From Intoshia linei (Eukaryota > Animalia > Orthonectida): DNA of 33,522 bases. Positions 1 through 9,300 of the stretch are shown here, piece after piece (position 1 is the first letter of the stretch; every line of letters begins with the position of its first letter). Both the position numbers and the translations under genes were made by a program. Location: assembly GCA_001642005.1 (NCBI GenBank), contig LWCA01000291.1, forward strand, positions 1-33,522, read 5' to 3'. The notes under the pieces were generated by a model. That model had not been told where the DNA came from and ran no database searches. It saw nothing but the letters and a program-made list of their open reading frames with translations.

Positions 1-75
1 ATTGAGCAAAAAATTTATTAACATTTCAACTTAAAAAACTTATGGTTAGTAGAACAAAATTATTTGATATGCTTG

Positions 76-740
76 TTAGCAGTCTTGTACTGATTTTAGG
101 AGCTGCTGACCATATTTATCCACATTAACTTGAGAAACTGAGTATTTATTCCACGTTTTTTTGTTATTTGCATGTACTGCCTCTGATGCTTGTTCGGACC
201 AATAGCCAAGACTTGAATTTTTTTGGTCACAGAAATCTGCTATGTGAAAAAATACAGCATGTAATTTTGGTATGATTCTTATGTTTAAGTTCAGGTAGCT
301 CTTTCGAAAATTTTCAATTGTTATTTTGTAACCTATTGCTAAGACAATGCCAAAAAAAGCTTGGACAACTAATTTGAAATCATTCAAAGCTTTTATAAAT
401 TCTACTTTTGGACAGTTGAATTCTGTAATCAATAGTTCAGTTTTTTGTGTTTCAATGTTTAATTTTCTCTAAACTTTTATCACATTTTCGTAATTCTCAA
501 TTAATTAATTATTAATTAATTAATTTTCTAAAGAATGCAACTTACCACGAACTAATGCTAATAGGCAAAAGCTGCATACTATCATTGGCGAAGGTTTTTT
601 TGACACATTTTTATATACATATGATGTTGATTTTTTTGACACTTCAAAATTTTGGTCAAATGAAACCCCAATTTTTCTTGGACTGGTTTCCTTATTTTAT
701 TATTTTTATTATCAACCAGTGCATTACTTTCAAAAATTGA
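76..740 (-). pseudogene. Internally deleted or degenerate DDE transposase of the Chapaev/Transib/RAG1-related group
   Basis: ORF 76-432 contains IPKLHAVFFHIADFCDQKNSSLGYWSEQASEAVH, the H-x4-H ... G-x-x-S-E-x-x-x-E pattern around the catalytic Glu of RAG1 ([30 protein letters not shown]) and of Transib/Chapaev. An upstream fragment near 535-600 reads VCSFCLLALVRGKLH (CxxC...GK-x-H Zn motif). The catalytic Asp region between the two pieces is missing. Confidence 0.7.
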
Positions 741-799
741 CAAGAGTTTATTAATTATATTGTATTAATATTTATATAAATTATTCACATATTATATAT

Positions 800-959
800 A
801 AATTCTCGAACTCGTTTGATTTTCAAAAAAAAGGACAATTGGGCTTTTTGACCCGTTAAAGTTAGATTTTCAACGTGAATTTAATTTTTAAGTATAATAA
901 AAATTTGCCCTCGGGAGAGCTAAGTCCTGTTTGTACGTAGTACATAACAGTCAACCTAG
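800..959 (+). mobile_element. Helitron-family 3' end (non-autonomous)
   Basis: GCCCTCGGGAGAGCTAAG...CTGTTTGTAC-GTA-GTACATAACAG hairpin, then TCAACCTAG|T at 956-960. The same terminus recurs at 10583-10636, 16350-16402 and 32794-32848(-). The internal module at 800-865 matches 20575-20635 in inverted orientation. Confidence 0.75.
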
Positions 960-978
960 TAGATTTTATATAACTAAC

Positions 979-2936
979 TTAAAATTTTTGTAAAAATATA
1001 CAATGTCTGGTTTCATCGTTGTTTTCCAAAATTTGACGTACAGCTGGAACATTGTTATATTTGACAGCTAAAATAAGTGGTGTAGTACCAGTTTTTGATT
1101 TTACATCGATATCTAGACTGCAGAATCTATCAAATCAATATAAATAAAACATAAAATAAAACCTTCTAACCACAGCCGGAGAAAATTTGCCATTGACATT
1201 TAAATGGGGATCCATTTTAATTAAATTATAGCTTTTTTTATGATTATCATTAATGATGGCCTCATAAATTGCACCAAGTGCTATAATTTTAAAAAAATGG
1301 AATTTATCAACAGCAAAATGAGATAGGATGAATGCCGATTGTAAATCATTATAAATTAGAGCGTAATCGAACGCTGAAAATCCATTATCATCTACAAAAT
1401 TATCCAAATGAGTATTTTGAACTTTTGAAGAAACAGAACGCTTAAATTTAACATAATCCGAGGTCCATTTGGAATTTGAATACCTTAATAGTAATTGAAC
1501 TATCCGATTCATACGCATATTATATTGGTAAATATTTTTAGGAATTAAATTGGATTGATCGGTTGTTAAAACGTGTTGTAAAGTTTCGTTTTTGTACCTG
1601 GCTTGATTTGAAATAATATGTTTTTTATTATTTTTTAATGAGAAATTATAGTCATCCACATATAACTGATAAAGAGCGTTTAATCGACAAGCAGCATCAG
1701 GAACTTTATGAAACGGTTTAACGATATTTGGAAACAGAGAAAAAAAACTATTAAACGAGGCTTTACTATTTTCGTTTTTATAAATGTTTAAAAATAGTGT
1801 TAAAATATCGCCATGTTTTTGAATATTATATCGACATTTCTTCAAGAGTTGTAATTCTATTTTGTAATATGTTGAATATATTAATCCTTTCCAATTTATA
1901 CAATTATTAAAGCTTCTAGTTATTATTGCTAAATGTAGGGCCGTTTTACCATTTCTGTTTAAATGTGTAAGGTTGGCGTTGTATTTAACTATCAAGTCGT
2001 TTACTAATTTATCTTCATTTACTAATACAGCTTCGTGGAGTGCACCGTTACCAAATTTGTTGGTATAATTTACATCTGAACCAGCTTTAATCAACATTTC
2101 CACAATTTTTTGTTTTTCTTCAGTTTTTGAAGTTCCTATAACGTTAAATTAACAATACATTTAATTACATAGCGTACATCAGTCTTAATTTATATAAATT
2201 TTAAGTTATTTACACGTAAAAACGTAGAATTTACAATTATTATATACCATAGTATATAATGTTTACAAAAAAATTGATTTATGATGCATTTAATTAAAAA
2301 TTTAACGTCATTGATCCATAATTGGCTCATGTTAAAGGGTTATGTAAAATGTACCTCTAATTGCATAAATAAGTGGAGAATTCTGATTGACATCGGTATA
2401 CTTTACATTGGCACCAAACCGCAAAAGCAACTGAACAGTCTCAGTCTGTCCTGAATATGTCGCAAGCATAAGAGGCGTAATCAAATCATCTCCAATTGTA
2501 GAATCTATCTGAACACCAGACCTGAGTAAATACTACGATTAATTTTTTAGCAAAAAATTTTGTTAGCATTTATTACCTCGACAAAATGATTAAGTCCTAA
2601 ATAAGAACACAATGAAATTGGACTCATAAATGAATGAACATCTTCATATAAAGTAAATCCTGAATTAGACGAGCCAAATATAAAATTGAAATTTTGAAAA
2701 CGACTCAGTAATTTTATAAACTAAAACAATTGAAAAAAATAAAAAACAATAACCTTGTCAAAATTATTTTCAAAAACAGACAGATAAACATTATCCATAT
2801 CATTTGTACAAGGATTTGTATATATCTGAGAGATACTGGTACCTAATTTATTGTTTACACTCGATTAATATTATTTACCTTTGTATATCGAATGATGGTC
2901 TACAGATACATTTTGACATTTTTTTTCAATTGTCAT
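979..2936 (-). CDS. Ankyrin-repeat protein, at least 6 exons: 2936-2879, 2842-2754, 2720-2577, 2532-2355, 2135-1163, 1126-1002 (or reading through to TAA at 979-981)
   Basis: GT-AG introns of 36, 33, 44, 219 and 36 nt keep the frame. Ankyrin repeats: DDLITPLMLATYSGQTETVQLLLRFGANV, NQNSPLIYAI, FGNGALHEAV, NGKTALHLAI, NGFSAFDYAL, TGTTPLILAVKYNNVPAVRQIL. The 3' end is uncertain because a GT donor at 1001-1000 could lead to exons left of the window. Confidence 0.85.
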
Positions 2937-3354
2937 TTTTAAATTTGGACTTTAACTGTATCAAATATGCAATGTAACTCAGTCATATGAGAATTTTGAT
3001 CCAATTTGTTTTTATTATATCAATCATGGCTATTTTAATGTTCCATTTACCACACCATTTGTAATGACCTCAAAAACCAAGTGATACAATGTTACCAATT
3101 GAATCACAATGCCAATTTTCTATGAAATTCAAAATATCAAATACCATTTGTAATCACAAATGGGTCATAAAACAACTTTTACTAATAAAAACTAGGTTAT
3201 CGAAATGTGTCAAAATATGAAATTTTAATCGATATTAATTAATACAAAAATATATAATTATTTTTATTCATTTACAATATTTGCATCATAAAATAAATAA
3301 TATAGTGCCGATTGTAAATTTACAAAAACACATAATTACAGCGCCCACCCGTGG

Positions 3355-6300
3355 CTAAGGTATATCCCAGCAATCTATCAAGATTGTCACTGTTTGAGTT
3401 AGTATGGAGGAAACGTGGTTAATTTCATGGATGTTTGTCAGTTTTGGACGAAATACAGTCGGCCACATGCATATTCCAAAATTTTGACTTGTCATTTTAT
3501 TAATGTCGGAATTGTTGCTGAGTCTAATATTAGTTGTTTATTTTTTATCATAAATTTTACCTTCTCCAGTGTTTTATTAAATACTTAAAGACGAGTTTGT
3601 TTGCTGGGGGTATTTTGTTTATTAATTGTACTATATAGGTGACTTTATCTTCTTTATCTAAATACAATATTATATTCATTAATTAATCGTTATATCAGAT
3701 TGAGTACGTTGATATACAACCAAGGATATAAAAGCTGATAATAGTTAATCAAAGTAATATGAATCAAATTGTGATCTTTATAATTTATATTACTTGGACC
3801 AAGTTAAATCATGTTTAATATTTGATACATTCAATCAGTATTCCCAATCAAGGGTGATTTGAGAATGTCGATGGGAGATGTGAAAATTTAAGTAGTCGCA
3901 TTAAAACAATTAATGTTATAAGTTTACAATAACACTGGTAATCACACACAATATATCCAGTGAAGACACGTGAACCACACTTGTTATAATGAGATGTTTT
4001 TAAATCTTGTTCAAAAATACCATGTCCGTATGGTCTTCCAATACTAAACGCTTCCCAACTCTAGACCATAGCATAACCGTTATACTAAAATTCAAGTTTA
4101 TACATTATATCAGTAGTTCAAAAGGGTATACAAGGGTTGATTATAAAATACAGTATGTATTTATTACATTTTTAAAGGATTTTAACCATTTATAAAACCA
4201 AAATTAAATGATTTGATTGTAAATTTAAAAAATTATAATTATTTACTTACATAAAATTAAATGTCTGTATTAATGTATATTTAAATAAAATTAATAGTTT
4301 TATAAATAAAAACCCAATTTCTAACACAGTTTTTCGTAGGACATGTAGATATGTTTCATTTTCCGAACTTTAGTCCTTAAGGGTCTAAAATCCAATTTAC
4401 TCTTTTGTATAAAAATCATCCAAAAAATGTAATAAAACAAATTCTGGGACGCGTTTTAAAATTATTAACATTGACGTGAATCTCAGTTTCATAAACACAG
4501 ATCTTCATGGTCACAACTCTAAATTACCATTTTTAAAAAGTAAAAATTTAATAAAACATACATTCTGACAGCGATTTTAAAATTAAAATCATTATCATAA
4601 ATGGCATCCTCACAAAAGTGCATTTTAACGATTAAAACCCCATGCTTTAAAAATTCCATATTTCTATTACAGTTTTTCGAGGATGATGTTTTATCGTAAA
4701 TTTCATTTTCAGAAATTGAGTCTTTCAAGGACAAAAAGTTGATCTATCCATTTTTTTTTAATTTAAACCCGTCTTAGCATTATAAAAAATACACATTCTG
4801 ATAAACATTTTAAAATTATCAACATTATGAAAAATTTCAATGTCTAATCATAAACATTATCATAAATCGAAAACTCAAAAAAGTCAATTTTCACAATAAA
4901 CAACATATTACCTTTTTTTAAATAATGAAAAGCCTAGAATTTAAAAAAAATTTACAGATGATACAGTTTTATCCAGTCAACACACACAAAAAATTTCAAT
5001 CTGACAAAGTGACGCCTTCACGGTCAAAAAAGCACTTTAAAATTAATTTTTTTTTATTTTGTAACTATTTTATTAAAATAAAAATTTTTAAATAATGAAT
5101 CGTTTTACATTAAAAATAAGAGATTATTCTGAGAGAGCTTATTCCAGTTGATATAGATACAAAATTTCAACCTAGAAATCTACATATTGCCATAGAGAAA
5201 TAACTTTTAATATATAATCAAACAATATTTTTCACACTAATTTTTAATTAACGCGAAATTTTTTGTTCTTTAAAATTTTACCCGCCGACTAAAAACGTTT
5301 GCTCACCCCTGCTTTAAATCACTATTAATATGAAAATTTCCCCATAGTATTAACATAACACATTTTAAATTTTTTAAATAAAAACATTAATGGCCATATT
5401 TTTTGTTATTGTAAGTTTTTGAATAATAGATTACGAAGTACAATACACCAACCATTCTCAACAGGTTCATGTGGACCCCTGGTATCTACATCAGTTTTTT
5501 GATTCAATAAAAATTTTATAATTAACACCATCTAATTTAATATCTATTAAAAATGTGATAAAAACGTAATAAATTGACTTCTAATTAGTAAAAAAATTCA
5601 ATAGGAAAATAAGTTTTTATTTATGAGTCATTAAAAATAGATTATAATCACATATATAATTATAAAGCTTGAGAGATAACATTTTTATTAATGGAATTTT
5701 TGGTTCATAAAAATTGGTAAGAAAATATGAATTCTGTTAACAAAAATTCAGATAAAAAGGACTAAGACCAGAGTTTCTCAACCTTTTTTAAATTGAGCAC
5801 CCCCATTAACCAGATCAATTATTTCCAGCACCCCTGCAAAAATACAAAATGATGCCTTAAAATTCAACCTAAAAATCTTATTTTATTAAGATTTAAAAAA
5901 ATCACCCTATCGAACGTAATCAATAAATTAACATAGAAGCTGTATTTAATGAGATTTAAATTATATATGATGTCAATTAAACCAATATTTTTCTGGATTA
6001 TATAAAAGCAACAAAACTATGTAATTAAAAAAATATTTTAATTTACATAATAAATTTGTGATGAATCATCACTGATGATATAATTCGAGTTTTGTTGTTG
6101 TTTATAGTAAACAAGCCTATCATATCTCGTTTTGTTTGAAATAAACCAACTCATATCGTGTGACAACTTATCTCTTCATTTATATCTACTTTTCGATTTT
6201 TGGTCATATCGTGCTCTCTTAATGCGAAAACTCTTAATAAATCTATTTTTATGATTTGGATGTTTTTCTATTCGTTTTAAGAGACAAGGTTTAAAATTGG

Positions 6301-9300
6301 AATTACACATTATAAAATGACAATTCATGCATTGAGCTCTATCATTCTTCCCATTTTCTATAAACCCAGTAAATCCATACTTTACGTATTCATTGTTCCA
6401 TTTTCGAATTTTTTGCATATATCAATATACACTTATTTGAGTGATAAAGTACGTTCAATTAGATTTTTTATTCAAATTTTAAAAAATAAGAATAGATTTT
6501 CCAGCACCCCTGAAATTAATTCTAGATCCCCTAGGGGTGCTAGTACCCCGGTTAAGAAACCCTGACTTAGACTGTATTAAATATATTTAAAATTGTAATA
6601 TAATATATGTAAATGATATAAATAAAATTAAATGTAATTATAGTTATAGAGTAATATTTATTAATTATAATTGAATATTTCTATTGCTCAATGAGCATTT
6701 TTTTATGCGTAAAAAAAACAAAACCCAAACACATCAAATAATAATGTAATTAGATTTCAAAGTTAAACAAAAATTGAAATCAATAAAAACAAATAAATAA
6801 GTAAAAAAGACAAAAAAACTAAATATATTTAATTTCAATAAAATTGAAATGTGAAATAAATAAACATATAACAAACTATATTTAAAATGGTTTCAATTTG
6901 AAACGCTAACGCTTGATACCTTATATAATTATAATTAATAAATCAATGAATTTCATTAAAAATAATTCAGATACAAACTATATAATAACATCAATCCAAT
7001 GAAATGTATTCAATTTATTAATGAAATCAGTATAATAATGAGCATTTTCTACATATTTAAACAAGATTCTTAAATTTTAGACGATAATCCAAAAATGAGA
7101 TAAGAATATTACCTTGTAATAAAAAACAAGAAACCGCCATATATCCATGAAAATTACCTGTGCCATTAATTACCACTTATCGCAATTTAATAATATAAAT
7201 GAAACATTGCAAATTAAAAAAAATAGAATTTAAGAAAAAAAATATACCCATATTTTTGCTAAGTTCATCTACAAATGTTTTTGGAATAATTGGTTCATTT
7301 AGGTTGGTAAGAAATTTTTTTAAAACACTACAGACTGTATGAACATACAGATTGGATGGAAACTGGAAATTTTTATCTAAAATTGCATTGAATATGACGA
7401 ATCGTTAAGTCAAACCAGACAAAAGCCTTCTATATAATATGGTTGCTTCATTCGCATTTCCGGAAACGCGATATATTCCTTCAAATAAAATTCCGTTGTT
7501 TTCAATATATTCAACACATTTCTGAATAATAGAGGGTACTTGAAGAGTCTTGACATCATTATCAAAACAAAAATATTCTAAACTATTGTTGCACGTGTAA
7601 TTTGAATTGTTCAAATCAGACATGAAGACTGGATTTTTCTTTTCGTTTAATTTAAAAGACTAAAATAAAATTGCAAACATCATAAATTCTCTTACCTTTG
7701 TTTTCCAAATTTTTCCTGGACTATCACGTGATTTGAAAATATTTGTAATGTGTTTTTTGACATTTTTACTACTAGTGTCGATTTCAGAGTCAGAAAAAGG
7801 TTCATCAGAAAGACTATTCACCAATATTGCCGAATTTTCTATATTTTTGTGTTTATCTGCATCGTCAGACTAAATTTATGATTAAACTAATCTATAAAAC
7901 TATTTTCAAAATCAATAAATGCAAGATTTAAAATACGATATTAAGTTTACCTTATTCAGACAAGTATCACGAGTTGGTTTCATTTTCGAAAAAATTGATA
8001 ATTTGAGGAAGGAGTCCTTTTTAGTCACTTTGCTAGTTTTTGAGCCAGCATCACTTTTATTTAACCTAGATTCTGTATCCTGAATCTGTTGAACTAGATT
8101 TTCTGTAGGATTGTATTTGTTTGTTAGGAATTTTTTGACGTGACTATACTTTTTCGATTTAAGTACATTCTGTTTATTAGAAACCTAATACAATTAATAA
8201 TTATTTATAATTATACATATATTGGATACTTTGTATGCTGTACTTTCCGAATCGACTGTTGATTTCTAAATGTTAATAGTATAAATATTAAAGTGAGTTA
8301 CCAGCTCTTTATTTTCAGAATCTGAATCTAAAATTAAAAATTATATATGATAATTCAACAACTTTTTACCTACAGATTTCTTTTTTTCGATAGTTAAAGC
8401 GGTCATGTCCAAGTAAATGTATGAAACAGGGTTAATTAGATCATATAAAGAGTTTGAAGATTTACAATCGTCCAATTCAGAAATATTTAAGCAGCTAGAG
8501 TACACCTTATAGAAAATAGTAACTCTCTAAACCTCATATTTACGCATTTATCAATTTTAAAGTTTTTAACATCCAATCCTTCGTCACTCTCACGGAATAG
8601 CTGAGTTTTGTATTTGTAACTTTGTTTAATCACGTTTTCATAAAATCTATCTATATTAATTTATAATATTTTCATTTATCGGGTTTACTGGCTTTAGAAA
8701 AATTTATCGAATCTATACATACAAATTGACTATGAAATCGACTGCACAATTCAAATCCACACATTATTAACTCGTTGGATGATTCTCCGATATTTCCAGG
8801 TAATTTAACAGCAATTAGTGCCGTAGGGTAAATTTCACAATATTTTTGCATAAATATACTAAAATTTAAAAATAAGAAATACCAATTTTTACGTTTCACC
8901 TTAAAATTCAATGGGAAAATATTTTTCATACACCAAATGTAATAATTTTTCCAAAATTGTATTAAACCTTAAAATATTATATCATCTCGGAGTTTTATCG
9001 GATTTTAATGTTTGTAAGCCAAAGTTTTGACCAATCAAATTTTTTTTATTTTTAGAGCCAATTTAAAAATTGTTGACAACCACTGATTTAGATGAATTGG
9101 ACGGTTATTCTCATCTTTGACATGATTTTACAATTAAGGTAAATGCATGACCCCACACACAGAGCAAAACCTACCAAGCTCGAGACCACCCTAAAAAATT
9201 CGCAAACGAATTGCAGTGTCATATAGCCCTTATCTACCCTTCAAAGGGTCAATTTATTTTAATCCTAGATTTGGGAAATGATGCCACCATTTTACAAAAA

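Noticed and set aside
4007-4734. ORFs 4007-4195(+) and 4519-4734(-)
   Set aside because: They lie in p190 intron 14, the second within repeat modules; non-ATG starts, no motifs, and they are not needed for the gene model.
6317-6565. 82-aa plus-strand ORF
   Set aside because: Antisense shadow of the hAT transposase remnant and its TIR.
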